From positions 46,092 to 110,091 of the forward strand of contig DASPSQ010000001.1 in NCBI GenBank assembly GCA_035623855.1: DNA of 64,000 bases, given 5' to 3'. Made by a program: the position numbers and the translations under genes. Under the pieces are notes generated by a model, which saw nothing but the letters and a program-made list of their open reading frames with translations, had not been told where the DNA came from and made no database searches. This DNA comes from Thermoplasmata archaeon. Lineage in GTDB: Archaea; Thermoplasmatota; Thermoplasmata; Lutacidiplasmatales; UBA184. Positions 1 through 9,018 of this stretch are shown one piece after another (position 1 is the first letter of the stretch; each line of letters begins with the position of its first letter).

Positions 1-947
1 CGGTTCTTGATCAACGCCTCGGCATATGGGATTCCCGAGCGTTCCGCGAACCCGAGGGCCTGCGGCCGGGCCGAGTCCGGGACGGGGACGACGATGTCGG
101 CGTCCACCGGCGCCTCCTCCGCGAGCCGGGTACCGATGCGATGACGAACGTCGTACACCGGTTGGCCCTCGGCGATCGAATCCGGGCGGGAAAAGTAGAC
201 CCACTCGAACATGCAGTGGGCCCGTTCGCCACCGTTCGGAATGCGAGACGTCCGTGCGAGTTGGCCGCGCTCGAGAACGAGGACCTCCCCCGGCGCGAGA
301 TCCCGTACCGCCTTCCCGCCCATCAGCTCGAGAGCGACGGACTCGCTCGCGACCGCGACGCCCCCTTCCACGGTACCGAAGACGATGGGTCGAATGCCGA
401 GGGGATCGCGGAACGCGTACACCCGGTTCCCGACGAGGAGAACGACGGCGTATCCCCCCACGATCTCTGCGCATGCGCGCCGGATCGCCGCTTCGAGATC
501 GCGAGTCCGGCCGTATTCGAGCGCGATCATCTGCGCCATGGTCTCGGTGTCTGCGTTCCCGAGAAGATCGACTCCCTGAGCCTCGAGCCGGTGGCGGATC
601 CGGCCGAAGTTCACAATGTCCCCGTTGTGGGCAATGGCTCCGTCCTCGTCGCGCATCTTGACGACGATCGGCTGAGCATTTTCGAGGTCGCTCGAGCCGG
701 TCGTCGAGTACCGGACGTGGCCGATTCCCACGGATCCTCGGAGGGAGTCGAGGAGCTCCTGGCCGAAGATCTCGTGCACGAGGCCCATCCCTTTCCGCTG
801 ATAGACCACGCCGTGACTCGACGTCGCGATGCCCGCGGATTCCTGCCCTCGGTGCTGAAGGGAGCGAAGCCCTCGGAAGAGGTAGGGTGCGGCGCCTCGG
901 CCCTGCAGGGATACTCCGACTACGCCGCAGCACTCCCGGGCAGGCAT
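1..947 (-). CDS. purF: amidophosphoribosyltransferase (glutamine-PRPP amidotransferase), N-terminal ~315 codons; gene continues past window start
   Basis: Minus-strand frame in register with plus codons from position 3 is open from ATG (complement of 945-947) to position 1. It translates as MPARECCGVVGVSLQGRGAAPYLFRGLRSLQHRGQESAGIA...VGIGHVRYSTTGS...AHNGDIVNF...AFRDPLGIRP. This shows the propeptide plus Cys nucleophile and the Ntn-amidotransferase/PurF core. It is not in the ORF track because there is no stop inside the window. Confidence 0.85.
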   Translation of the reverse strand, partial: MPARECCGVVGVSLQGRGAAPYLFRGLRSLQHRGQESAGIATSSHGVVYQRKGMGLVHEIFGQELLDSLRGSVGIGHVRYSTTGSSDLENAQPIVVKMRDEDGAIAHNGDIVNFGRIRHRLEAQGVDLLGNADTETMAQMIALEYGRTRDLEAAIRRACAEIVGGYAVVLLVGNRVYAFRDPLGIRPIVFGTVEGGVAVASESVALELMGGKAVRDLAPGEVLVLERGQLARTSRIPNGGERAHCMFEWVYFSRPDSIAEGQPVYDVRHRIGTRLAEEAPVDADIVVPVPDSARPQALGFAERSGIPYAEALIKN

Positions 948-1136
948 TTCTTCTGGACCGAGTGCGGGAAGGGCGCCTCCGTACGACACACTCGGCCTTG
1001 AGTCTTAAGCGAAGCGGGCCCGGTGGCTCGTACGTCAGCTCCGACGTTCGATCGCGCCATGCCTGCTCGATCAATCGAAGCTCTGACTTTCTTTGAACGC
1101 CGGCGGTTTTGGTGCTTGCTTTTGGCCCGCAAGGGC

Positions 1137-1955
1137 ATGCGATTTCGCAGAATGCTGGATCGGAGCGATTTCGATGAGCTGTTGAGGAGCGCGTTCCTCC
1201 ACCCCATCCAGGGTTGGGACTTCAGTTGGCTTCGGGAAGAGGGCCGATACCAGGAGGACCCGCTCCCATGGGTCTACTCCGAATTGGTCGCGCGAAGAGC
1301 ACGCCGCTCGCCGGATCTACTGGACCTTGGCACCGGCGGCGGTGAACGACTCGCCGCAATCACTCCGCACCCGCAGCTCACCGTGGCCACGGAATCCTAT
1401 CCGCCCAACGTCGGGATCGCGGCCCGCAGGCTCGCCCCATTCGGCATAGACGTAGTACATGTCTCGAGCATTCCCGACAACGCCGGACAAGGCGACGTCG
1501 GACTGAAAGGCTCTCTCCCATTCCGTGACAGTTCGTTTCACCTCGTGATCGATCGCAACGAAGCGTTCGTCGCTCGAGACGTAGCTCGAGTCCTAGCACC
1601 GGGTGGCGTGTTCCTGACCGAGCAGAGCGGGGGTTCAGTGACTCCTGAAATCTACCGTCTCCTCGGCGTGGAACCGCCCGCTTCTCGAGCCCCGGACTGG
1701 AATCTCGATCTTGCACGGAAACAACTGGTCGCTGCCGGACTGCACCCATTCGGGAGCGGCGAAGCGGACTTCTCAATGAGCTTCAGCGACGTCGGAGCTC
1801 TCGCATGGTATCTTACCGCGGTTCCGTGGACCTTTCCGGGATTCTCGGTCGAGCGGCAACGGCGGCGACTTGAGAGGCTGCACTCGAGAGTCCTGGACCA
1901 AGGCCCGATTCGCGTGCCTCGGTACGCCTTCTGGCTCGAAGCCGGGAAGGGATGA
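1137..1955 (+). CDS. class I SAM-dependent methyltransferase
   Basis: ORF track 1023..1955. Motif I LLDLGTGGGERL and post-I VLAPGGVFL are present. The ATG at 1137 (MRFRRML..) puts motif I about 60 aa from the start. The start is uncertain; alternatives are 1023 and 1059. Confidence 0.6.
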   Translation: MRFRRMLDRSDFDELLRSAFLHPIQGWDFSWLREEGRYQEDPLPWVYSELVARRARRSPDLLDLGTGGGERLAAITPHPQLTVATESYPPNVGIAARRLAPFGIDVVHVSSIPDNAGQGDVGLKGSLPFRDSSFHLVIDRNEAFVARDVARVLAPGGVFLTEQSGGSVTPEIYRLLGVEPPASRAPDWNLDLARKQLVAAGLHPFGSGEADFSMSFSDVGALAWYLTAVPWTFPGFSVERQRRRLERLHSRVLDQGPIRVPRYAFWLEAGKG

Positions 1956-2164
1956 TCGAACGGCCGGGGACGGGCCCGAGGGGATTCCGGCAAAGGTGAG
2001 GTTCATCGGTCCGTCTCGGCCGCCCTGTCCGATGACCGGGCCGGGCCACGCGCCGTTGAAGGCCCGGATCTCAGTCTCGCGCCGAACCTGAGTATGGGGA
2101 CGGTCGGTCTGCTGACAGTCCTCAGCGAGCGGGCCGAGTTTGGTTTGAGCAAAGGGTAGGACTT

Positions 2165-4765
2165 ATGAGCCGGTTATACGTCGCCCGCGCTATGTCAAAT
2201 CACGGCAGGTTATTGCTGCTGGTCGTAGCCGCGGTCGTTGCGACGATGGTGTTGCCGGGCGCTTCCGCGCTCCGGATCGGTGGGACCTCCGGGCCGGTCC
2301 CGCACATGGCTCCCGCCGGTACGCACGTATCCTCCGAGAAGCCCTCCGCGACGCGATCCGTCGCAACTGGGACGATGACGACCCAAGAGCGCATCGTCTC
2401 TGACCTCAAATCGCAGCACGTCCCCTCGACTGCTGCGTTTCTGCCGAATTTTGGAGCGCGGGTCTCTACCGAGGGAGGCGTCGTGACACCGCTGTATGAC
2501 AACACGCCCGCGCCGATGGGTCTCGGCGACTTCGGAATCGAGGACGTCAATGGCCAGAATGTCGGCACGGTCACTTACGTCCGCAGTGTGATGGCGTCGG
2601 TCACCCTCAACAATGTCGAGCCGATCTACGTGACAAGCTCGGCCCCCGACGAGTTCACGATGCAGCTCAACACGGTCGGCACGAACGTCGATCTGTTCGG
2701 GAACGATAGTTACCAGTTCTGGCTCCAGAACGTTCCAATCTATGCTACGAGCACCCAGACTCTCTCGTTCGAGGACAACGTCTGGAACTTCTCGAGCCCG
2801 GCGTTCCTGTTCACTGCGAACTCGGTCTACGCCCACGGTCCCGGCGGGGTCGTCGCCGCGCCGACATTGTACTACGCCGTCGGCCCGTCCTTCCATATTC
2901 CAATGCCGTTCACAGTCGTGGTGTACAACAACCTCACCGTGGTCGGGGGGCGCTCAACGATTTTCTTCAACTACACCGTGATTCCGTCGACCGCGAGCCC
3001 ATTCTCGGGGTCCTATGACTTCGTGGAGTTCAACTCCACGCCGGCGATCACTGGGCCGGCACCCCAGCCCGTGAACCAGATTAACGGCCAGAAGGTCGGC
3101 GACACCAACTTCCTTCTGAACGACGCCGAGATCATGCTCGGCGGCCCGGGTGGTGGGTCGACAACGAGCCTCTTCCAGATCTCCGGTTCGATGGGGCTCT
3201 GGCTCCTTCCGAACGGGACGAGCACCTACCAGACGGTTCCCTCGGCGTACGATTTCGGGACGGACACCGGGGAAACGTCGGAAGGCATCGCAGAATGGGC
3301 CACAACGGGCTCGAGCCCAATGGCCGAGCTCGGGAGCGGTCCGTCGATGCTCTACGGACTCTGGGGCGTGGTCGGCGCCCAGCAGGGCGAGGAGACGATC
3401 ACGCTGAACCTGTCGCCGACGAACACGTTCGTCTTCGCGAGCCCGGGCGCCACGTTTAACGAGAGCGCGGCCGGCTGGGGGCCCACGGCGATCAGCGGGC
3501 CGACGGTCTATAACGTCGCGCCGGGGGCATACAGCTTTGAGTACCTGCTCGCGGACCACACCCCGCAGGCTGCCACGTACAGCTCGGGCGGGACCTGGAC
3601 GGTCGCGCTGACGCTGAACCCGTCGTTGGGAGACTACACGCCGCTCTGGGCCGAGGCAAATAGCCAGCTCGCGGCGATCTCGCAGGGCGGTATCGGGACG
3701 GCCAAGGATCCGTACATCCTCGACAATGGTCCGGCGAACGTGAACTCACTCTTTGGAGAGATCAACGACTACGCCTTTGTAGTGTTCCCGGGGATCTACC
3801 TGATCGACACGACCGCCTTCGTGACGGCAGCGGAGCTGCCGGCGTTCTCGATCGCGTACCTTCCGAGCCAGATCGCGGGCGCCCGCCTCATCCAGGACGG
3901 GCTGCCACTCAGCGACCAGCTGAACATCGAGCTGTACGAGACCTCCCACGTGTCGATCATCAATAGCGATCAGATCTCGGGATGGTTCGCGGCGTTTGGC
4001 TCGTTCGGGGAGCCCGCGTCGATCTACCTGTGGGGCGCGACGAACACCCTCATCGCAGGAAACGAGCTCGAGGTCGAGTCGAACGGGATCACCGCGGCCG
4101 GATTCACCGCGACGAACGGTGGGTATAACGTGATCTGGGGGAACATCTTCGCCCCCCAGCCGGTGGTCTCGCCGAGCACCGCCGAGCTCCTGAACTACGG
4201 CGCGTTCCCCGCGCTCTGGGAGTTCGAGTCGCACGACGTGATCTTTAACAACGCGTTCCTGACGCCGGTCACTGCGATCAGCTTCCCGGAAAACTTCTAC
4301 TCGGGAGCCTTCCAGCTGAACGTCGACCAATGGAACGTGAAGGTCCAGCCGTCGAGCGACGTTTACACAAAGAACGGATTCTACCTGTCGGGGAGCATCC
4401 TCGGGTTGAGCTGGGAAGGCGGCAACTACTGGAGCAACTACGGGACTCCGCAGGACCCGTTCGGCGTGCTGCCGTACAACGACGGTGGGTTGATCTTCTC
4501 CGGTGGCGACCATCACCCGCTGATCCCCTTCACGCTCTACGTGGTCCGGTTCACGGAGACCGGTCTCCCGAGCGGGACCGCCTGGTCGGTGACTCTGAAC
4601 GGCTACACTCAGACGACCACCCACGCGACCATGGTCTTCTATGAGCCGACGGGGGCCTACGCCTTCACGGTGGGCGCGGTTCCGGGATACACTGCAACTC
4701 CGTCCTCGGGCGCGGTCGACGTAGTGTCGAGCGCGGTTCTGGTGCACATTTCGTTCATGGCCTGA
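2165..4765 (+). CDS. thermopsin-family (peptidase A5) secreted glycoprotein with C-terminal beta-helix-like and Ig-like extensions
   Basis: N-terminal signal/TM segment LLLLVVAAVVATMVLPGASA. Blocks PAPMGLGDFG, YQFWLQNV...LSFEDNVWNFS and AEIMLGGPGGGSTTS...VPSAYDFGTDTGE match the thermopsin core (YWLQDV..FIDNVWN; AELVWGGGGNG..LYTFGADTAE). There are more than 20 N-x-S/T sequons. Confidence 0.75.
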   Translation: MSRLYVARAMSNHGRLLLLVVAAVVATMVLPGASALRIGGTSGPVPHMAPAGTHVSSEKPSATRSVATGTMTTQERIVSDLKSQHVPSTAAFLPNFGARVSTEGGVVTPLYDNTPAPMGLGDFGIEDVNGQNVGTVTYVRSVMASVTLNNVEPIYVTSSAPDEFTMQLNTVGTNVDLFGNDSYQFWLQNVPIYATSTQTLSFEDNVWNFSSPAFLFTANSVYAHGPGGVVAAPTLYYAVGPSFHIPMPFTVVVYNNLTVVGGRSTIFFNYTVIPSTASPFSGSYDFVEFNSTPAITGPAPQPVNQINGQKVGDTNFLLNDAEIMLGGPGGGSTTSLFQISGSMGLWLLPNGTSTYQTVPSAYDFGTDTGETSEGIAEWATTGSSPMAELGSGPSMLYGLWGVVGAQQGEETITLNLSPTNTFVFASPGATFNESAAGWGPTAISGPTVYNVAPGAYSFEYLLADHTPQAATYSSGGTWTVALTLNPSLGDYTPLWAEANSQLAAISQGGIGTAKDPYILDNGPANVNSLFGEINDYAFVVFPGIYLIDTTAFVTAAELPAFSIAYLPSQIAGARLIQDGLPLSDQLNIELYETSHVSIINSDQISGWFAAFGSFGEPASIYLWGATNTLIAGNELEVESNGITAAGFTATNGGYNVIWGNIFAPQPVVSPSTAELLNYGAFPALWEFESHDVIFNNAFLTPVTAISFPENFYSGAFQLNVDQWNVKVQPSSDVYTKNGFYLSGSILGLSWEGGNYWSNYGTPQDPFGVLPYNDGGLIFSGGDHHPLIPFTLYVVRFTETGLPSGTAWSVTLNGYTQTTTHATMVFYEPTGAYAFTVGAVPGYTATPSSGAVDVVSSAVLVHISFMA

Positions 4766-4957
4766 GCTGAGCACCGACTGCGAACCCCTCCCTTCCGCGA
4801 GGGGCCCGAACGAACCCCTTCCTCCGCCACTTTGGAGCCGTGTCGCTGCGGCGTACGCTTCGAAGTCCGATCTAGAATCGGTCCCCTGACGACCCACTGG
4901 CCCCCGGAGGGGCAGGGAATTGGTTCGGCGTGCAGAGCTGGATCGAGATCAGGTCGT

Positions 4958-5275
4958 TCAGCCGAAGAGGGCGGAGAGTCCCTCGGCCGCCTCCTCTTCG
5001 GAGACGCCCTTCTCTTCCTTCTTTTCCTCTTCCTTCTTTTCGCCCTTGCCTTCCTTCTTCTCCGCCGGAGCGGCCGCGGCAGGTGCCGGAGCGGCGAACG
5101 TCTCGGCTTTTGCGAGAAGGTCGGCGAGATTGACGCCCTCGAGCGAGGCGAGGAGCGCCTTCACCCGGGCCGCGTCCGGGGCGACCCCGGCCGCGCTGAG
5201 GACCCCGGTAAGGGCCTTCTCGTCGATCGGCTTTCCGGCGGCGTTGAGCAGCAGCGCACCATAGACGTACTCCAT
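4958..5275 (-). CDS. rpl12: 50S ribosomal stalk protein P1 (L12e)
   Basis: [31 protein letters not shown]...[26 protein letters not shown] is the typical archaeal P1 with an acidic/Lys hinge and a conserved C-terminus. The internal ATG at 5275 was preferred over the ORF-track start at 5284. Confidence 0.9.
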   Translation of the reverse strand: MEYVYGALLLNAAGKPIDEKALTGVLSAAGVAPDAARVKALLASLEGVNLADLLAKAETFAAPAPAAAAPAEKKEGKGEKKEEEKKEEKGVSEEEAAEGLSALFG

Positions 5276-5306
5276 TGTTCTCACTCCGTGACCTTCGTGG
5301 GGACCC

Positions 5307-6167
5307 TCAGTGGCCTATCAACTTGCCGACCGCCGCCGCTTCGCGCATCGCCTTCGCGAAGAGCGGTTCGATCGTCTCCTTTGTTGGATAGCCGACCGCG
5401 ATGGCGACGGCGAGGGCGCGCCGGTGAGCGCGGGCGACGAGCGGGGGGAGGCTCGTCGGGGTGGCGTACCCTACCTCGACCGCGAGCCCAAGGGCAAGGT
5501 GAGCCGCCCGGGCCACGTCGTTCCGGCGAGATTCGAGATCGACGGACAAGACCTCGGGGGGGTAGAACACGTCTCCGTCGACGACCGCACGGAGGTTCAG
5601 ACCGACCTCGAGAGGGAAGATTTCGAGACGGGTCAGCATCGTCGCGACTTCGCGCGAGATGGGATGGCCGGCGTGGACGATGAGAGTGTCCTTCTTGAGG
5701 ACCACCTTACCCTTCTCGATCGCCGCGGGAAATCCCGCGTGCTGGAGCTCGCCCACGATCGGGCCGGGCTTGAAGCTCGTCGTCTGAGCGGGAACCAGGA
5801 TGTCGTCCGGGGCAATCTCACCGCCCCGGGCGGGCGTGGGAGATCGCGTCTTGAGGAACTGCTGGTACAGTGAGAACGGGTTCCCTTCGGCGGACAGGAC
5901 CGCGGTCTGGTCCTGCACCTGGTCGAGCAGGGGACGAAGGGAGGGTCGTTGGATTGCTGCCTTCTCCAGGGCGTGGCGGATCGCGCTGTTCGGGGCGACG
6001 GTGATCGGAGTCCCGCGGGCCCGCAACTCGCGGCGCATCGACTGAAGCGCGGCCGCCGGGACCCCCCGAACCGTCACGACGGCGGTCATCGAATGACCAA
6101 GGAGCCGATCGGCGAGCGCATCGACGTGGGCGAGCTTCTCGGGCCGCACCGCACCACGACCGGGCAT
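5307..6167 (-). CDS. rpl10: 50S ribosomal protein P0 (L10)
   Basis: 286 aa. The N-terminus [45 protein letters not shown] resembles P0. The gene lies between rpl1 and rpl12. Confidence 0.85.
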   Translation of the reverse strand: MPGRGAVRPEKLAHVDALADRLLGHSMTAVVTVRGVPAAALQSMRRELRARGTPITVAPNSAIRHALEKAAIQRPSLRPLLDQVQDQTAVLSAEGNPFSLYQQFLKTRSPTPARGGEIAPDDILVPAQTTSFKPGPIVGELQHAGFPAAIEKGKVVLKKDTLIVHAGHPISREVATMLTRLEIFPLEVGLNLRAVVDGDVFYPPEVLSVDLESRRNDVARAAHLALGLAVEVGYATPTSLPPLVARAHRRALAVAIAVGYPTKETIEPLFAKAMREAAAVGKLIGH

Positions 6168-6177
6168 CTCGATCCCC

Positions 6178-6816
6178 TCACCAGAGCCGCACGGCGGGCC
6201 CCATCGTCGTCTTGACGTAGACCGATTCGATGTTCGTCCGCCCGCGTTCGAGCTTCCCGACGATGCGGCCCAGGACCGCGTCGACGTTCTGGGCGATCTG
6301 CTCCGGCTTCATGCCCCGTGTCCCGACGGCAGCATGGAACGTCCGGTTCCCTTTCGACCGCACACGGATCGACCGCTTCAGGGCGTTCACGAGGTTGGTC
6401 GGATCGCTTCCGGGGGGAACGGGACGCGGCATCTTCCCCCGCGGGCCTAGGACGACTCCCAGGCGACGGCCGATCGTCGGCATCAACGGGGCCTCGGCGA
6501 GGAAAAAGTCGACCTTGCTCACCATCTTCTTCGCGGTCTTCTTGTCCTTCGCGAACTCGTCGATCTCGTTCGCGGGGACAACGACATCGGCGACGCCCTT
6601 GACCTTCTGACAGAGTTCGGGGGAACCGAAGACCGCGACCTTGACCGGTTTGCCCCGTCCATTCGGCAGAGGGATCTCGTCCTCGAGGCGATTCTTCGGG
6701 ACCGTGAGGTCGAGGTCTTTGAGATTGATCGAGATCTCGACCGTTTCGGAGAACTTGCGATCCGGTGCTTTGCCGAGCGCTTCGGTGACAACCTCGATGG
6801 AAGGACGGTCCGGCAT
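6178..6816 (-). CDS. rpl1: 50S ribosomal protein L1
   Basis: 212 aa: ..KFSETVEISINLKDLDL...VKVAVFG...GKMPRPVP...NRTFHAAVGTRGM. It lies directly upstream of rpl10 with a 10-nt gap. Confidence 0.9.
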   Translation of the reverse strand: MPDRPSIEVVTEALGKAPDRKFSETVEISINLKDLDLTVPKNRLEDEIPLPNGRGKPVKVAVFGSPELCQKVKGVADVVVPANEIDEFAKDKKTAKKMVSKVDFFLAEAPLMPTIGRRLGVVLGPRGKMPRPVPPGSDPTNLVNALKRSIRVRSKGNRTFHAAVGTRGMKPEQIAQNVDAVLGRIVGKLERGRTNIESVYVKTTMGPAVRLW

Positions 6817-7013
6817 AGCGATTCTCTCGGCGGTAGCGCGGCGGCGCGGAGTAGCCCTCCCTACTTAAGTGTTGGTGGACCGGCGGCCGCTGCTCGGGTC
6901 ATGAGCTCCGGCAATGGGAGCGGACCGGGTCGCTAGAATCGTCATCTCCCGAGCTTGACATCGTTAACGCTCGGTCGAGGCACGATCGTCCCCAGTCGCG
7001 CGTCCCGGCGTCC

Positions 7014-7027
7014 TTATCATTAAATAC
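7014..7027 (+). promoter_or_regulatory. archaeal TATA-box-like element (ttatcattaaata) about 25-30 nt upstream of the rpl44e ATG; implies a leaderless transcript
   Basis: An AT-rich TTAAATA motif sits in an otherwise GC-rich spacer. The ATG is at 7050 and no Shine-Dalgarno-like purine run lies in between. Confidence 0.45.
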
Positions 7028-7049
7028 GCCCTCCGGCTCGGCGGCGCCG

Positions 7050-7334
7050 ATGCACTATCCAAAGGTCGTCTCGACGTACTGCCCGAAGTGCAAGAAGCAC
7101 ACCGAGCACGAGGTCGAGAAGGGCAAGAAGCGACCCGCGTCCGAGCTTGCTTGGGGGCAGCGGCGGTTCCGCCGCGCGACCCGCGGGTACGGAGGCTTCC
7201 CGCGGCCGAAACCCGAGGGACGCGCAAAGGCGGTGCGTCGCGTGTATCTCAAGTTCCGGTGCAAGAAGTGCCAGTACACGGTCCAGCCCGCAAGCTGGCG
7301 GGCGAGTCAGCTCGAACTCGTCGAGCAGCATTAG
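7050..7334 (+). CDS. rpl44e: 50S ribosomal protein L44e
   Basis: 94 aa with CPKCKKH..CKKCQ zinc-ribbon motifs, typical L44e. The stop codon is TAG. Confidence 0.9.
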   Translation: MHYPKVVSTYCPKCKKHTEHEVEKGKKRPASELAWGQRRFRRATRGYGGFPRPKPEGRAKAVRRVYLKFRCKKCQYTVQPASWRASQLELVEQH

Positions 7335-7345
7335 GGAATCCGTCG

Positions 7346-7522
7346 ATGCGCGCCCCCTCCCCGTTCTGGGTCGTGAAGTGTCCGGACTGCTCGACCGAGC
7401 AGACGATCTTTAGCCGACCGGCGACTGTCGTGAACTGCTCGGTCTGCGGCGCAACGCTTGCGACGCCGACTGGTGGTCAGGCCAAGCTCCGTGGCGAGCT
7501 CGTGCGCCCGGTGACGGCCTAA
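7346..7522 (+). CDS. rps27e: 30S ribosomal protein S27e
   Basis: 58 aa: MRAPSPFWVVKCPDCSTEQTIFSRPATVVNCSVCGATLATPTGGQAKL, a C4 zinc-finger S27e. The ATG at 7346 lies inside the longer ORF-track frame 7088..7522. Confidence 0.85.
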   Translation: MRAPSPFWVVKCPDCSTEQTIFSRPATVVNCSVCGATLATPTGGQAKLRGELVRPVTA

Positions 7523-7540
7523 CCCGGAGTCCGACCTCGG

Positions 7541-8317
7541 ATGCCCCTTCGCGCAGAGTTCCCCGAGGAAGGCGAACTCGTCATCGGTACGGTCACGTCG
7601 ATCCGCAATTTCGGCGCGTTCGTGACCCTCGACGAGTACGAGAAGCGAGAGGCGTTCATCCATCTCTCCGAGGTGGCGACGGGATGGGTCAAGTACATCC
7701 GGGACCACATTCGCGAGGGCCAGAAGATCGTCGCCCGAGTCCTGAGAGTCGATCCATCGAAGAGTCAGATCGATCTCTCGCTCAAGCGGATCAACGACCA
7801 CCAGCGACGTGAGAAGGTCCAGTCGTGGAAGAATGAACAGAGGGCGATGCGGCTCGTGGAGCAGGTCGCCCAATCTCTCAAACTGACCTCGGACCAGGCG
7901 ATCGAGCTCTTCGGTCCCACCCTCGTGGAGCGGTACGGCTCCCTCTTCCAGGCGTTCGAGGTGGCCTCCGCCGACCCCAAGCGGTTCCAAAAGGAGGCCG
8001 AGAAGTCGACCTGGGCGGCCGCGTTCCTCAAGGTCGCCCGCGACAACATCGTCCCTCCGCACGTGACGATTCTCGGGACTCTCGAGGTCAGCGATCCGTC
8101 GCCAATGGGGGCCGAGCACGTTCGCGCCGCACTTCTCGCCGCCGAGAAGATCGACCCGGAGTCGGTCGAGGTCCATTACGTGGGAGCGCCGAAGTACCGA
8201 ATCCGGGTGCAGGCCTCCCAGTACAAGCAGGCCGAGGAGCTCCTGAAAAAGGCGACCGAAGCCGCCCTTCGCTCGATCAAGTCGTCGGGGGGCGAGGGCA
8301 CGTTCGCCCGTGCATGA
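7541..8317 (+). CDS. eif2a: translation initiation factor 2 alpha subunit (aIF2-alpha)
   Basis: 258 aa. It has an S1 domain (GELVIGTVTSIRNFGAFVTLDEY..EAFIHLSEV) followed by the alpha-helical and C-terminal domains. Confidence 0.9.
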   Translation: MPLRAEFPEEGELVIGTVTSIRNFGAFVTLDEYEKREAFIHLSEVATGWVKYIRDHIREGQKIVARVLRVDPSKSQIDLSLKRINDHQRREKVQSWKNEQRAMRLVEQVAQSLKLTSDQAIELFGPTLVERYGSLFQAFEVASADPKRFQKEAEKSTWAAAFLKVARDNIVPPHVTILGTLEVSDPSPMGAEHVRAALLAAEKIDPESVEVHYVGAPKYRIRVQASQYKQAEELLKKATEAALRSIKSSGGEGTFARA

Positions 8318-8484
8318 CGGAATCCGTGCTCCGAGTCTGCAAGGGCTGCGGACGGTACACGTTCCGAACGAAATGCCCGGAATGCGGGTCGGAAACCCGC
8401 ACGCCCCACCCGGCCCGTTTTGACCCGGGGGACCGATACGGGAAGTACCGGCGCATGTTGACCGAACTGACCCGGTCCGGGTAA
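8314..8484 (+). CDS. nop10: H/ACA ribonucleoprotein subunit Nop10 (56 aa)
   Basis: The ATG overlaps the eIF2a stop as ATGA. The translation is MTESVLRVCKGCGRYTFRTKCPECGSETRTPHPARFDPGDRYGKYRRMLTELTRSG, which has the Cys4 zinc ribbon and the conserved RYGKYRR Nop10 C-terminal motif. It is below the ORF-track size cutoff. Confidence 0.85.
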   Translation: MTESVLRVCKGCGRYTFRTKCPECGSETRTPHPARFDPGDRYGKYRRMLTELTRSG

Positions 8485-8493
8485 GGCGAGGCG

Positions 8494-9018
8494 ATGGTCG
8501 CGGGCGTCCATCGGATCAAGGTCGTGAACGACGTCAGCGATCTCGTCCCGATCCTGCGCGCCGTCGATTCCTCGGTCAAGCTCCAGCTGGTGAAGCGGCT
8601 CGGCGAGAGCTGGCTCACCCTCGATGACGTCGTGGGAGAGTTTGGTAAGGAGGGAGAGAAGGCCCTCGCGTTCTTCGAGAAGCTCCGCTTGATCGATACC
8701 CGCTGGGTCGCTCGGGAGGGTCGTCGGCAACCGGAGAAGAGCTACCACTTCTACTACTCGACGATCAACATCAACACCACCTCGCCGCTGAACGAGATCT
8801 CGGAGGTCCTCTCGGTCGCCATGATGAGCCCGAAGGAGTACGTCCGAATCGAAAGGCGGGTTCACGACGCGGTCGGGTCGGACGGCCGGTTTTTTTCGGA
8901 CGTGGCCGAGGAGCTCGCGATGTCGCCGACGCGTCTCAAGGCGGTCGTCAAACGCTCGGAGACTCTGGAGTACCGTGGCCACCGGATCGAGCGGTTCCAG
9001 GCGGAAGCAGTCGAGTAG
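8494..9018 (+). CDS. conserved hypothetical protein (possible winged-helix N-terminus)
   Basis: 174-aa ORF with plausible globular composition. It sits in the translation-gene string between nop10 and trm56. No family was recognised with confidence. Confidence 0.5.
   Translation: MVAGVHRIKVVNDVSDLVPILRAVDSSVKLQLVKRLGESWLTLDDVVGEFGKEGEKALAFFEKLRLIDTRWVAREGRRQPEKSYHFYYSTININTTSPLNEISEVLSVAMMSPKEYVRIERRVHDAVGSDGRFFSDVAEELAMSPTRLKAVVKRSETLEYRGHRIERFQAEAVE

Noticed and set aside
141-1001. 286-aa plus-strand ORF
   Set aside because: It is in codon register with, and antisense to, the clearly real purF on the minus strand. Its translation has no recognisable motif and is Arg/Asp/His-skewed in the way antisense frames of GC-rich genes are.
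4785-4804. 6-bp GC stem-loop (cccctc..gagggg) between the convergent thermopsin and rpl12 genes as a possible terminator
   Set aside because: The stem is short and has no adjacent oligo-T tract, the usual archaeal termination signal. It is indistinguishable from chance in GC-rich sequence.
3746-4897. 383-aa minus-strand ORF
   Set aside because: It lies wholly inside, and antisense to, the thermopsin-family gene. It has Arg/Gly/Val-rich junk composition.
5010-5070. About 60-nt homopyrimidine (CT-rich) tract that looked like a simple repeat or H-DNA element
   Set aside because: It is the coding sequence of the Lys/Glu-rich hinge ([19 protein letters not shown]) of ribosomal protein P1 read on the opposite strand. 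This is a normal feature of P1 genes.
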